Positions 1 through 9,779 of a stretch of DNA of 64,000 nucleotides are shown here, one piece after another. How positions within the stretch are numbered: the first letter of the stretch is position 1; the number at the start of each line of letters is the position of its first letter. The position numbers and the translations under genes are program-made. Below the pieces are notes generated by a model. The model did not search any database. It was not told the origin of the DNA and saw nothing but the letters and a program-made list of their open reading frames with translations. This DNA is from an uncultured Granulosicoccaceae bacterium (GTDB lineage Bacteria; Pseudomonadota; Gammaproteobacteria; Granulosicoccales; Granulosicoccaceae), in assembly GCA_937957915.1 (NCBI GenBank), contig CALGNZ010000019.1:5262-69261 (forward strand), written 5' to 3'.

Positions 1-333
1 AAGTCGGCGCTGCGAGTGGGATTGCAGCGTTCACTGTTCAATAGCAGGTATCCCCTAACACTATCACGCGTTTTTGCCCGCGTCCAGCATCCGTTGTACA
101 GCCACGCCAACATGCCGGTCAGGCAAATACGCGATTACTACAAGTGTAGTTGAGAAAAATAAAAAAGGGCATAACCAGGAAACCGATCGGTGTCGAGCTT
201 AGTCAGGTGATCTTGAGGTTTTGGCTATATTGAACTGCAGAGGGCAAAACAGACAACATTATTACACCGAGATAACACTGAGTCTGCACCGGACGTCTGC
301 TGACGCAGCAATCCGGTGCGCATTCGGTACTGC

Positions 334-660
334 TTAAGAATTACTATCGATAAATGCCGACAGTTGGGATTTTGAAAGCGCACCAACTTTAGTGCCTTCA
401 ACCGATCCGTTTTTGAACAACATCAGCGTAGGGATACCACGTACACCGTACTTGGGAGGTGTATTTTGGTTGTCGTCAATGTTCAGCTTGGCGATTTTCA
501 CTTTGTCGCCATACTCTTCTGCGATCTCGTCGAGAATGGGAGCGATCATTTTACAAGGGCCACACCACTCAGCCCAGTAATCTACCAACACCGGCAATTC
601 GGACTGTAGAACCTCAGAATCAAAATTACCGTCGTTAACTTCTACTATTTTCTCGTGCAC
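334..660 (-). CDS. trxA: thioredoxin
   Basis: WCGPCK active site and full-length TrxA-like sequence ([23 protein letters not shown]...[11 protein letters not shown]). The GTG at 660 is preceded by GGAGAA, so the ORF-track start at 717 is over-extended. Confidence 0.93.
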   Translation of the reverse strand: MHEKIVEVNDGNFDSEVLQSELPVLVDYWAEWCGPCKMIAPILDEIAEEYGDKVKIAKLNIDDNQNTPPKYGVRGIPTLMLFKNGSVEGTKVGALSKSQLSAFIDSNS

Positions 661-947
661 ATTGTTCTCCTGCGTGGATCGACCCATTATCCAATAAAAA
701 TTGGGCTGGCACATCAATTTTTCAATAGTACGTTGCTGAGATTAACCGTCTGCCCCTGGCACTTATCAGTCAGATTCGCCCCCGCCAACAGCAGTGGACC
801 AGTCAACTATTTGAGCCAAAGATCCCCAAAACCGCGACAGAACCTGATCAGCAACTGCCCCCAATCACGCCAGGCTGCGATCACGAGGAATCCGTCGCCA
901 CTTGTTACCGTCGCACGCAGACCTGTGAAATAGGCTATGCTCTCGCC

Positions 948-2279
948 ATGAAATCCAATTATCTGACGTCCGTCAGTTTCGCTGAATTACCCCTGCACCC
1001 CGTATTAACCGACGCCCTTGCCACCGCCGGATTAGAATACTGCACCGAAATTCAGGAACTCAGCCTGCCGCTTATGCTGCAGGGCAAAGACATTACTGCC
1101 CAATCACAAACGGGGACGGGCAAAACGGCGGCGTTTCTTTTGGGCATGTACCAAAAGTTGCTCGACAACCCGGTTGATCCGGACCGTAATCCGACAGACC
1201 TGCGTGCGCTTATTCTCGCACCGACTCGCGAACTGGCCATCCAGATCTACAAGGATGCGATGGAAATCGGGGACAACACAGAATTTCGCACAGTACTGGC
1301 CTACGGCGGCACTGACTATGAAAAGCAGCGCAAGCAGCTTGAAGCGGGTGTCGATATCCTCATTGGTACACCCGGGCGCATCATTGACTATTTCAAGCAG
1401 CGCGTATTTTCCTTAAAACACGTTGAAGTGATGGTACTGGACGAAGCCGATCGAATGTTTGATCTCGGCTTTATCACTGACATTCGCTATGTGCTGCGCC
1501 GTATGCCAGACCCTGAGAAACGCCTGAACCTGTTGTTTTCAGCAACGCTTTCTCATCGCGTTATGGAACTCGCCTACGAGCATATGAACAGCCCGGTCAA
1601 TCTGAAAACACGCTCTGATCAGATTGCAGCCGAAAAAGTAGTGCAACTGGTTTATCACCCGGCGTCTAACGAGAAAATCCCGCTGCTGGTGGGCTTGATG
1701 CGAAAACTGACGCCGACTCGCAGCATTGTTTTCGTCAACACGAAACGCGTTGCCGAGAAAGTTCAGGCGTATCTCGCGGGTAACGATATTAAGGCTGAAG
1801 TGCTGTCTGGTGATGTACGCCAGAACAAGCGCCAGCGACTGATAACAGATCTTTCCTCCGGTCAGTTGAACACGCTGATTGCGACAGATGTGGCGGCGAG
1901 AGGCCTGCACATTGAAGGGGTCAGCCATGTATTCAATTTTGATTTACCGCAAAACGCAGAAGACTACGTTCACAGGATAGGCCGGACCGCGCGCGCCGGT
2001 GCATCCGGTGAGGCGATTTCATTCGCCTGCGAGGAATATGTTTTTTCGTTGCCAGAAATTGAGGAATTGCTGGGCCATGAAATTGCAGCTGCAAATATCT
2101 CTGATGATCTGATCGCCGAACTGGCGCCTCCGATCAAAACCCAGCGACCAAAAAGTCACGGTCACTCTTCAGGCAACGGCGGCAATCGACGTCGCAGTAA
2201 AGGGCGCAGTGGCAGTGGAGGCAACAGTAACAATCGCCGCCCCAGTCAAAAAAAACCTGTGCAGGAAAAAAGCAACTGA
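948..2279 (+). CDS. rhlB: ATP-dependent RNA helicase RhlB (DEAD-box)
   Basis: Q-motif/Walker A (AQSQTGTGKTAAF), DEAD box (VLDEADRM), SAT and HRIGRTARAG motifs. It has an Arg/Gly/Ser-rich C-terminal tail and lies divergent from trxA, as in enterics. Confidence 0.9.
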   Translation: MKSNYLTSVSFAELPLHPVLTDALATAGLEYCTEIQELSLPLMLQGKDITAQSQTGTGKTAAFLLGMYQKLLDNPVDPDRNPTDLRALILAPTRELAIQIYKDAMEIGDNTEFRTVLAYGGTDYEKQRKQLEAGVDILIGTPGRIIDYFKQRVFSLKHVEVMVLDEADRMFDLGFITDIRYVLRRMPDPEKRLNLLFSATLSHRVMELAYEHMNSPVNLKTRSDQIAAEKVVQLVYHPASNEKIPLLVGLMRKLTPTRSIVFVNTKRVAEKVQAYLAGNDIKAEVLSGDVRQNKRQRLITDLSSGQLNTLIATDVAARGLHIEGVSHVFNFDLPQNAEDYVHRIGRTARAGASGEAISFACEEYVFSLPEIEELLGHEIAAANISDDLIAELAPPIKTQRPKSHGHSSGNGGNRRRSKGRSGSGGNSNNRRPSQKKPVQEKSN

Positions 2280-2477
2280 CGGCATGCCATATCCCGGTAA
2301 CCGCCTGGCGCGCGTATAGCGTGCATTAGCAGTTACGCCTCCAGGCTAAAGTTAAACGCCGATTTTTGCGATACACTGTATATCGCGCCGCGCTCGCTGT
2401 ACCCTGCAAGGGACAAAAGCAGTTCTCTTTCACTCCAATATTCCTTAATATTCGCCGTTTTCACGGATCCTAGACAC

Positions 2478-3146
2478 ATGAATTTCGAACTGGCCCGAGC
2501 CAATATGATAGAGCAGCAGGTGCGCCCCTGGGACGTGCTTGATCAACGCGTACTGAACGCATTGGCCGAGGTGCCGCGCGAGAAATTCCTGCCTGAGGAA
2601 CACAGCGGACTGGCTTACTCTGACACCCGTATTCCGCTGGACAACGGGCGCATGTCGCTAAACCCAAACATCGAGGCCCGGCTGCTACAGGCTGCTGTGC
2701 TGGAAGATGATGATCGCGTGCTGATTATTGGCAGCGGCAGCGGCTACATCGCCGCCTGTGCAGCAAAGCTCTGCAAACATGTTGAATCCGTAGATTCGAG
2801 CGAGGCGATAAACATCACTGCAAGCAACAATGCAGAGCAGTGCAACATCGATAATATAAAGTTTATTACCGGCGATATGCTCGAAGATTTGCCAGATAAA
2901 ACCAGCTATGACGCCATCATCGTTAACGGATCTCTGGAAACTGTCCCTCAGCGATTAAAGACCCGACTGACGAAACTTGGCCGCCTGATTGTCACTGTCG
3001 GCTCAGAAAACAAACCCATCATGGAAACTTTTGTGATTCGTCGCATTGGCGAAGAAGACTGGCTGGAGCAGAGCATATTTGACACGCACATTCCCTGTCT
3101 TTTCAATACAGGGCCAGAAAAAAAGGACACCGGATTCGTTTTCTAG
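2478..3146 (+). CDS. protein-L-isoaspartate O-methyltransferase-like SAM-dependent methyltransferase
   Basis: SAM-binding motif VLIIGSGSGYIAACAA and Pcm-like length. It sits immediately upstream of tolC. Confidence 0.75.
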   Translation: MNFELARANMIEQQVRPWDVLDQRVLNALAEVPREKFLPEEHSGLAYSDTRIPLDNGRMSLNPNIEARLLQAAVLEDDDRVLIIGSGSGYIAACAAKLCKHVESVDSSEAINITASNNAEQCNIDNIKFITGDMLEDLPDKTSYDAIIVNGSLETVPQRLKTRLTKLGRLIVTVGSENKPIMETFVIRRIGEEDWLEQSIFDTHIPCLFNTGPEKKDTGFVF

Positions 3147-3524
3147 CTGTACGCTAAACACACCCGCTTATCGTAAACATTACCCTGACCTGAGTTGTGG
3201 TCAGGCACGACACCCCGCGCTACTCTTCCCCCACTGGTTGCTGAGAGAACTGCCACAGTTCATTTATGCGCACAGGCCTCCTTTGCGACTCCTGCCCTGT
3301 AAAACGGTAGCAAGGCCCGCAGATAGCGACTCGTTGTAGCCAAAACCGCCAGCTCGAACTGTCGAATCCCGGCATCGACGCAATCAGGTGTCGGTAATGT
3401 CACGACTACAATCCGAAATAGTCGTGCCAAATGTCCGTTTTAGTTCTACATTCCTATCAAGGTAAAAATAAAGATCTGCCAGCCTCAGGCAGACCCGTGC
3501 CACATTTCTAGTCGAGAATTTTGT

Positions 3525-4835
3525 ATGAAACTGCAAGCGCCACTTGCACTGATATTCGCTCTTGCCGCCCCTTTGACTGTCACCTCGAATACTCAAGCCG
3601 CAAACCTTGCTGACATTTACAGGCTCGCCAAAGAGCGCGATTCTGTTATTCAGGCGACGCAGGCACAGTACGAGGCCGCCAGACAGGCGTTGCCAATCGC
3701 ACGCGCGGCATTGCTGCCCAGCATTACTCTGCAGGGTGACAAAGCATTGAATGAGACCAATGATGACACCCAGGGTCAATTCGACTCGGACGCCTACGGT
3801 GCCACCATCTCACAGACGATCTATAACCGTTCGACATCGCAAACCCTGCAAAAAGCGCGATTGAGTGTTACTCAGGCCGAGGCCTCGCTGCGCGAAGCCA
3901 CACAAAATCTGATCTATCGAACGGCACAGGCATACTTTAATGTACTGACAGCAGAGGAAGCGTTTCGGGCAGCCAGTTCGTCGCGTGATGCAATATCCCG
4001 ACAGACTGAACAAGCCGAGAAAAGATTTGAGGTTGGCCTGACAGCGGTCACCGATGTAAAAGAAGCACAGGCACAACTCGATCTGGCAGTGGCCCGGGAA
4101 GTTGTTGCAGAAAATCAGGTAGCGCTGGCAAAAGAGGCACTTCGAGTCATCATTGGCCAGGATGTCCCCGACCTCGATCCGCTGTCGGCTTCCGCAAAAC
4201 TTACCGCGCCTGTCCCACAGTCTATTGATCAGTGGATAGCACTGGCGGAAGCGAACAGCCCTCGCCTGCAAATAGCGAATTTCGATTATGAAATCGCACG
4301 TGCCGACATAAAAATTGAACGTGGCGGCAGGCTGCCCTCACTGGCACTGAACGGACGCTATACCAACTCAAACACCGAGGCGACATCCAGCCGACCAAAG
4401 GTGGAGTCCGGTCAACTACAGTTGCAACTCACCTATCCGATACTGACTGGTGGCAGAACCAGCGCGTTAATAAAACAAGCGCGCTCACGATCACGTCAGG
4501 CGGCATTTAACCAGGAAACAGTACGAAGGGCCGTTGAACAGGAAACACGTGACGCCTATCTAAGCGTACTCGCTGACATCAGTCAGGCACGCGCACTGAA
4601 ACAGGCACTGTCGTCAACAGAAGTTGCCAAAGAAGCGACTCAGGCCGGCTTTGATGCAGGCACGCGTACCGCTGTGGAAGTGTTAGTGTCTCTGCGTGAT
4701 ACCTTCAATGCGTACGCCGATTATGCGGCAGCCCGGCACCAGTATGTCGTTAGAAGCCTGCAATTACGGCTGGCCGCAGGGATACTGGCCGACAAACACA
4801 TTGAAGCGGTCAATCGCTCCCTGGAGCCACGATAG
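3525..4835 (+). CDS. tolC: outer membrane channel protein TolC
   Basis: Signal peptide (ALIFALAAPLTVTSNTQA). The N-terminus is TolC-type (NLADIYRLAKERDSVIQATQAQYEAA) and the protein has an internally duplicated OEP architecture, 436 aa. Confidence 0.9.
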   Translation: MKLQAPLALIFALAAPLTVTSNTQAANLADIYRLAKERDSVIQATQAQYEAARQALPIARAALLPSITLQGDKALNETNDDTQGQFDSDAYGATISQTIYNRSTSQTLQKARLSVTQAEASLREATQNLIYRTAQAYFNVLTAEEAFRAASSSRDAISRQTEQAEKRFEVGLTAVTDVKEAQAQLDLAVAREVVAENQVALAKEALRVIIGQDVPDLDPLSASAKLTAPVPQSIDQWIALAEANSPRLQIANFDYEIARADIKIERGGRLPSLALNGRYTNSNTEATSSRPKVESGQLQLQLTYPILTGGRTSALIKQARSRSRQAAFNQETVRRAVEQETRDAYLSVLADISQARALKQALSSTEVAKEATQAGFDAGTRTAVEVLVSLRDTFNAYADYAAARHQYVVRSLQLRLAAGILADKHIEAVNRSLEPR

Positions 4836-4937
4836 TACCTCGTTGTTGGTGCATGAGAGTTATTGGGCAGGTAAAAAAGGCAGTGGGTCGGCTCGTCAGC
4901 GATGGTGCACAGAGCGCTGTCAGCCAAAGGTGCCTGC

Positions 4938-4982
4938 GGCACCCTTGGGACTGGTGCGGCTCGCGTCGCTCACCAACACCCT
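4938..4982 (-). repeat. interspersed intergenic element, copy C (conserved core AGGGTGYYGGTGAGCGAYGYGARCCGCAC...GGGTKCC)
   Basis: The reverse complement reads AGGGTGTTGGTGAGCGACGCGAGCCGCACCAGTCCCAAGGGTGCC. This is near-identical in its core to copies at 31495-31529 and 53485-53529. Confidence 0.7.
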
Positions 4983-5008
4983 ACTTGCAAAACACACTTG
5001 CAAAACAC
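4983..5008. repeat. perfect tandem duplication, 2 x 13 nt (acttgcaaaacac)
   Basis: Read directly from the sequence. It abuts copy C of the interspersed element. Confidence 0.9.
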
Positions 5009-5091
5009 GGTGGGGCGATCAACCGTAAAATCACAGACTGTTGGCTGCGCGACAGCGTGCACCGCCCGCCAGGCGTAATTCAGGAGCCCTT

Positions 5092-5289
5092 TTAATCGAT
5101 TAATTCGAACTGCGTACCGCAATAGGGGCAGTTGCCAACCGGCTCTTCTTCGAGCGGAATATAAACACGGGGATGTGAGTTCCACAGACCCATCGATTCA
5201 GTCGGACAGTGCACAGGCAATTCGCTACGGCTAACCTTTACTACCTGATTGTCACTACCGTTCTGAGCGGTATTTTGGTTGTTACTCAT
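5092..5289 (-). CDS. zinc-finger domain-containing protein (zf-CHCC type)
   Basis: C-terminal PVHCPTES...HPRVYIPL...GNCPYCGTQF matches the CHCC zinc-finger pattern. The ATG at 5289 follows AGGAAACA, so the longer ORF to 5349 runs through the tandem repeats and is unlikely. Confidence 0.7.
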   Translation of the reverse strand: MSNNQNTAQNGSDNQVVKVSRSELPVHCPTESMGLWNSHPRVYIPLEEEPVGNCPYCGTQFELID

Positions 5290-5305
5290 ATTTCTTGTGT
5301 TTCCT

Positions 5306-5363
5306 GAAAGCTCTGTGCAGAAAGCTCTGTGTAAAAAAGTGCTGTGCAAAAAAGTGCTGTGCA
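5306..5363. repeat. tandem array of four 14-15 nt units (gaaagctctgtgca / gaaagctctgtgta / aaaaagtgctgtgca x2)
   Basis: Read directly. It lies 17-74 nt upstream of the zinc-finger gene start on the minus strand. Confidence 0.9.
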
Positions 5364-5451
5364 GTATCGAATAGAGACACGTTTAAAAGGCCAGCCACTT
5401 TACAATACAGCAGTGGGCTGATTCACAGTGACTGACCCCATAAACAGCTGC

Positions 5452-6372
5452 CTACACTACCGTTAACCAGTGCTGGTGTTTCTCGGATTTGCCTTCAACA
5501 GCCTTGAAAAACAGCGACTGCAGTTTCTCTGTAATCGGGCCTCGCGTTCCTTCACCGATAGCACGGTTGTCTACCTCTCTGATAGGTGTAATTTCAGCAG
5601 CCGTGCCACTGAAAAAGGCCTCGTCAGAGATATACACTTCATCGCGCGTGATGCGGCGTTCTATCACATCAATGCCAAGTTCATCAGCCAGTTGCATAAC
5701 GGTTTTGCGCGTTATGCCGTCAAGTGCAGAGGTTAAGTCAGGCGTATGAATCTGCCCTTCACGAACGATAAAAAAGTTCTCTCCTGACCCTTCTGCCACA
5801 TAACCCTCGTTGTCGAGCAACAGAGCTTCGTCATAGCCGTCCTGCAGTGCTTCCTGCAACGCAAGCATTGAATTTATATACTGGCCATTGGCTTTCGCTT
5901 TACACATGGCAATGTTGACATGATGACGGGTAAACGATGACGTTTTAATACGAATACCACGCTCAAGATTTTCTGCGCCCAGGTAGGCCCCCCACTCCCA
6001 CGCTGCCACCATACAATGCACCGATAAATTGTCGGCACGCAACCCCATACCTTCGCTGCCATAAAAACACATGGGCCTGAGGTAGGCAGACTGCAGATTG
6101 TTTTCGCGCACCACCGTTTTTTGTACATCACACAGAGTGTCGTGATCCCAGGGGATATCCATGCGCAGGATCTTCGCGGAATTAAACAGGCGTTTGGTGT
6201 GCTCCTGTAATTTGAAAATCGCGGGACCACGACTGGTCTCATAGGCCCTTACCCCTTCGAACACACCCATGCCATAGTGCAGCGTATGGGTCAGCACATG
6301 CACCGTTGCCTCGCGCCAGGGCACCAGTTTCCCATCTAACCAAATTACGCCGTCTCTATCGGCCATTGACAT
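5452..6372 (-). CDS. ilvE: branched-chain amino acid aminotransferase
   Basis: The N-terminus MSMADRDGVIWLDGKLVPWREATVHVLTHTLHYGMGVFEGVRAY is typical of IlvE. The ATG at 6372 is preceded by a GGAG RBS. It is adjacent to glnE, as in Pseudomonas. Confidence 0.93.
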   Translation of the reverse strand: MSMADRDGVIWLDGKLVPWREATVHVLTHTLHYGMGVFEGVRAYETSRGPAIFKLQEHTKRLFNSAKILRMDIPWDHDTLCDVQKTVVRENNLQSAYLRPMCFYGSEGMGLRADNLSVHCMVAAWEWGAYLGAENLERGIRIKTSSFTRHHVNIAMCKAKANGQYINSMLALQEALQDGYDEALLLDNEGYVAEGSGENFFIVREGQIHTPDLTSALDGITRKTVMQLADELGIDVIERRITRDEVYISDEAFFSGTAAEITPIREVDNRAIGEGTRGPITEKLQSLFFKAVEGKSEKHQHWLTVV

Positions 6373-6486
6373 CGCATTATCTCCAATCATCTTTGCTCAC
6401 GACCTGAGACTCACTCTCTCGTTCGCGATGAGGTTTGCCCACTTGTGCAACAGCTACAAACAGGGTTTAAAAATTCTGTATTTCTA

Positions 6487-9400
6487 TCAGCATTCCCGCA
6501 TTATTTGCTGCCAGCATGCTTTCACAGATGCTCGGTGAAGAATCGTCGCTAACTCGGTATCGCCAATCTTGTCTTCGTCGTTATTGCAACTATTGCTAAT
6601 TGCTGCCAGCGGCTTCTCAAGCGACATTGCACTGCGATGATATAGCCCGCGCAGGTACAGATACGCTTCAGTGAGTTGTTTCGCTTTGTCTGCTGCGAGC
6701 AAACCCTCTCGCTGCAATCCCTCAATTTGGCGAATATTATCAGTAAACTCAAGCAGCGACTGTTTGCACCCTGCATTGTTCAACACGAGATATTGAACCA
6801 TAAACTCAATATCCGCGATACCACCAGCGCCCTGCTTGAGATCAAAAGTGTCATTCGTATCTTTACTTAACTCGCGCCGCATTCGCTGACGCATCTCAAG
6901 CACCTCAACACGCAGGTCTTTGGCGTCGGCCATATTGCACAGTGTATCGACTCTGATCTGTTTAAAGCGACTGCCCATCGCAGCACTGCCCGCCACCACC
7001 CGGGCTCGTACCAGCGCCTGATGCTCCCAGGTCCAGGCTTCCCTGCGCTGATATTCGGCAAAGGCCTGCAGCTCGGTTACCAATACGCCGGCGCGACCAT
7101 TGGGTCGCAACCGTGTGTCGATTTCATACAATACGCCAGCGGCTGTCAGGGTGGTAAGAAAGTTCACCAGTTTCTGTGCCATGCGGGCAAAGAAAACCGT
7201 ATTGTCGAGCGGCTTTTCACCGTCTGTGTGTTGCTCATCACCTCGACTTTCATGCAAAAAAACCAGGTCCAGGTCAGAACCGTAGCTCAACTCGTAGCCA
7301 CCCAGCTTGCCGTAGGCTACGACGGCAATACCAGGTTCAATTCTATGCCCATCGACAGTACAACCCGGCTTTCCATGTTTGTTGCATAACTCGTCATACA
7401 CAATTTCCAGACTGGCGTTGAGAACAGCCTCGGCCAGCCAGCTTAGCCGGTCACTGACCTCCATCACGGTTAGCAGTCCGTTGATGTCTGCTGCTGCAAT
7501 TCGCACCATTCGGGAGTGCTGAAATTGCCGCACCGCATCCATCAATTCACCAAGATCAGTCTCGCCACTGTCTCTGTAGTGCTTCAGTTCCGCAAGCAGC
7601 GTCTGCAATATTTCATTAGCTGAGCCGCCTATTTTGGCGTGTTCAATGTCGAGCAATTCATCAAGCACAACGGGGTGATTGGTGACGAATTCTGCTAGCC
7701 AGGGACTGAGTGCAAAAAGCTGAACCAGGTTGGCGTGAGTGTCTTCACTGTCGCGCAACAGTTGTAAATAGCCACTACGCCCTGCTACGGCATCAAACAA
7801 CCCCAATACTCGCTGCAGTGTCAGCGTGGGTGATTGCTCTGTTGTTAGTATCAAACGCAGCGTTTTAGGGATCAGGCTGTCGATCAGGTCACGCGAACGA
7901 TTTTGGTAGCGCTGATACCGATTACTGGCGGCGTACTGCTGCAGTACTTTGCATAAACTGGCAGCCTCTCGAAAGCCTGCATCGCCCAGAGATGATTCGA
8001 CATCCGCACCCTCCTCGCCGCTGGATGTATCCGCACCGCTTAGCTGAATCCAGATATCCTCGATGTTATCCTGATTAGCATCTTCTTCGTCGGTACTGAA
8101 CACAGCCGCAAACAGCTGGTGTACGTCATCTCTGCGTTTGTCGAGCTCTGCCGCAAAGGCCGAATACCCGTCAAAACACATCGCCATCGCCAACCGCGTT
8201 TGTTCACGCTCCACCGAGGGCAGTGTGTGAGTTTGTCTGTCGCCGACCATCTGTAGTCGATTTTCCGTGCGCCTGAGAAAATCGTAGGCCGTCTGTAAGC
8301 GATCGGTATCGGGTGATGGCAAGTGACCGTTAGCGGCAAGCTCCGTCACCACCTTTCGCAATGCACGTTCCTGCAATGCCGGCTCACGACCGCCGCGCAC
8401 CAGTTGAAAGGACTGTGCAATGAATTCGATTTCCCTGATGCCACCGTAGCCCAGCTTTATATTCATAGCTGAACCGAGCGCATCGACTTTCAGCCCGATT
8501 TGACGCTTCAAATCACGCAACGAATCAAACACCGCGTAGTCAAGGTAACGACGATAAATAAAGGGCTGGAGTAATTTTTCCAGCGCAGCCCCGTCTTCCG
8601 GAGCGCCACAGATAACCCGTGATTTAATCCATGCATATCGCTCCCAGTCGCGACCCTGGGTAAACAAATAGTTTTCCATCGCATCCAGACTAATAACCAG
8701 CGGGCCGCTTGCCCCGAAAGGCCTGAGACGCATGTCCACACGATAGACAAAGCCTGACGAGGTAACTTCATCGAGATACTTAATCAGTAACTGGCCAGTG
8801 CGTCGGAAAAACTCCTGACTCTCTGCCACCTTGGGTCCGTCTGTCTGACCTTCACTTGCATACAAAAACACCAGATCGATATCTGACGAAAAATTTAATT
8901 CGCGCCCGCCGAGCTTACCCATGCCGATAACAACCATTGACTGCGCCTTGCCATCACTGTCGCGGGGTGTACCAAAACGTTTGATGCAGGTTTGTTCGGC
9001 AAATGCGAGTGCTGCGGAAATGCAAACATCAGCCAGATCAGACAGGGACTGCAGCGTACTTTGCACGGTCGCCACACCAGTCAAATCAAACAGCGCGATT
9101 GCGGCCAGTAGCAAATTCCGAAATTCCCGCAGCTCGCGCATAAACGCTTCGGCCGACGCGTCAGGGGACTGCATTGCCAGCCGCAAGCGCCATAAACTGG
9201 AGCGATCGGGTATTCCGTGCTGACAGCTGCCGAGAGTGTCTGCAAATTGTGCAGGGTAGCGCTCAATAACTGAGGCCAGAAACGGACTGCAGGCGAGCGC
9301 GTACTGCACGCTGGACCATGGAATCAATCCACTATCGCCGACTACTGCACCGATTCCTGAAGCAGGTCCAGGGGCAGCTCCGGAGGCAGTGCCAGGGGTG

Positions 9401-9567
9401 CGGTCAAAGTGCGAGCCCGCGCAGACTTGCAGTTGCTCTTTAAGCAGTTTGAGCGGGTCGGCGACTTCATCACAATAGCTCGACAACAGACTGTCTTCGC
9501 AACACGCCTGCGCCAGTGCGTATTCTGCTACCCTGAGTTGTTGATGCGACCCCATCAGACCTTCCAA
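6487..9567 (-). CDS. glnE: bifunctional glutamine synthetase adenylyltransferase/adenylyl-removing enzyme
   Basis: About 1000 aa with two nucleotidyltransferase repeats (GMGKLGGRELNFSSDIDLVF and AYGKLGGYELSYGSDLDLVFL). The start may be the internal MGSHQQ. Confidence 0.93.
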   Translation of the reverse strand: MEGLMGSHQQLRVAEYALAQACCEDSLLSSYCDEVADPLKLLKEQLQVCAGSHFDRTPGTASGAAPGPASGIGAVVGDSGLIPWSSVQYALACSPFLASVIERYPAQFADTLGSCQHGIPDRSSLWRLRLAMQSPDASAEAFMRELREFRNLLLAAIALFDLTGVATVQSTLQSLSDLADVCISAALAFAEQTCIKRFGTPRDSDGKAQSMVVIGMGKLGGRELNFSSDIDLVFLYASEGQTDGPKVAESQEFFRRTGQLLIKYLDEVTSSGFVYRVDMRLRPFGASGPLVISLDAMENYLFTQGRDWERYAWIKSRVICGAPEDGAALEKLLQPFIYRRYLDYAVFDSLRDLKRQIGLKVDALGSAMNIKLGYGGIREIEFIAQSFQLVRGGREPALQERALRKVVTELAANGHLPSPDTDRLQTAYDFLRRTENRLQMVGDRQTHTLPSVEREQTRLAMAMCFDGYSAFAAELDKRRDDVHQLFAAVFSTDEEDANQDNIEDIWIQLSGADTSSGEEGADVESSLGDAGFREAASLCKVLQQYAASNRYQRYQNRSRDLIDSLIPKTLRLILTTEQSPTLTLQRVLGLFDAVAGRSGYLQLLRDSEDTHANLVQLFALSPWLAEFVTNHPVVLDELLDIEHAKIGGSANEILQTLLAELKHYRDSGETDLGELMDAVRQFQHSRMVRIAAADINGLLTVMEVSDRLSWLAEAVLNASLEIVYDELCNKHGKPGCTVDGHRIEPGIAVVAYGKLGGYELSYGSDLDLVFLHESRGDEQHTDGEKPLDNTVFFARMAQKLVNFLTTLTAAGVLYEIDTRLRPNGRAGVLVTELQAFAEYQRREAWTWEHQALVRARVVAGSAAMGSRFKQIRVDTLCNMADAKDLRVEVLEMRQRMRRELSKDTNDTFDLKQGAGGIADIEFMVQYLVLNNAGCKQSLLEFTDNIRQIEGLQREGLLAADKAKQLTEAYLYLRGLYHRSAMSLEKPLAAISNSCNNDEDKIGDTELATILHRASVKACWQQIMREC

Positions 9568-9779
9568 TCAATTTTCGAAGCGGAATATTGACCCGGCTGA
9601 GTTGCTCCACTAGTGTAATGGAACAAATAAGCCGGACCGTTTAAGCGACTGATCAGAGCATTCATTTGAGCTGACCCGGCGTACAATATTGCCACAGAAA
9701 ATACAATGCGAAGCCGACGACTTGCCATACAGATGTTTTACTCAACTAAGCCTGATACAGCAATAGCGGGACGAATGTT

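Noticed and set aside
1-333. Expected rho gene downstream of trxA (enteric order trxA-rho)
   Set aside because: There is no long ORF on the minus strand in 1-333, and the short ATG-initiated frame stops after about 17 codons. Only a hairpin (286-319) is visible, so rho is not adjacent here.
5306-5363. CRISPR array possibility for the short direct repeats (also 12645-12689 and 16919-16966)
   Set aside because: The units are only 12-15 nt and directly abutting, with no spacers. No cas genes are in the window.
6549-9591. Multiple 60-130 aa ORFs on both strands inside glnE (and similarly inside trkH, the kinase, rsmB, kpsC and other genes)
   Set aside because: All are nested in or antisense to long ORFs with strong family signatures. 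This is typical shadow-ORF behaviour in moderately GC-rich DNA.
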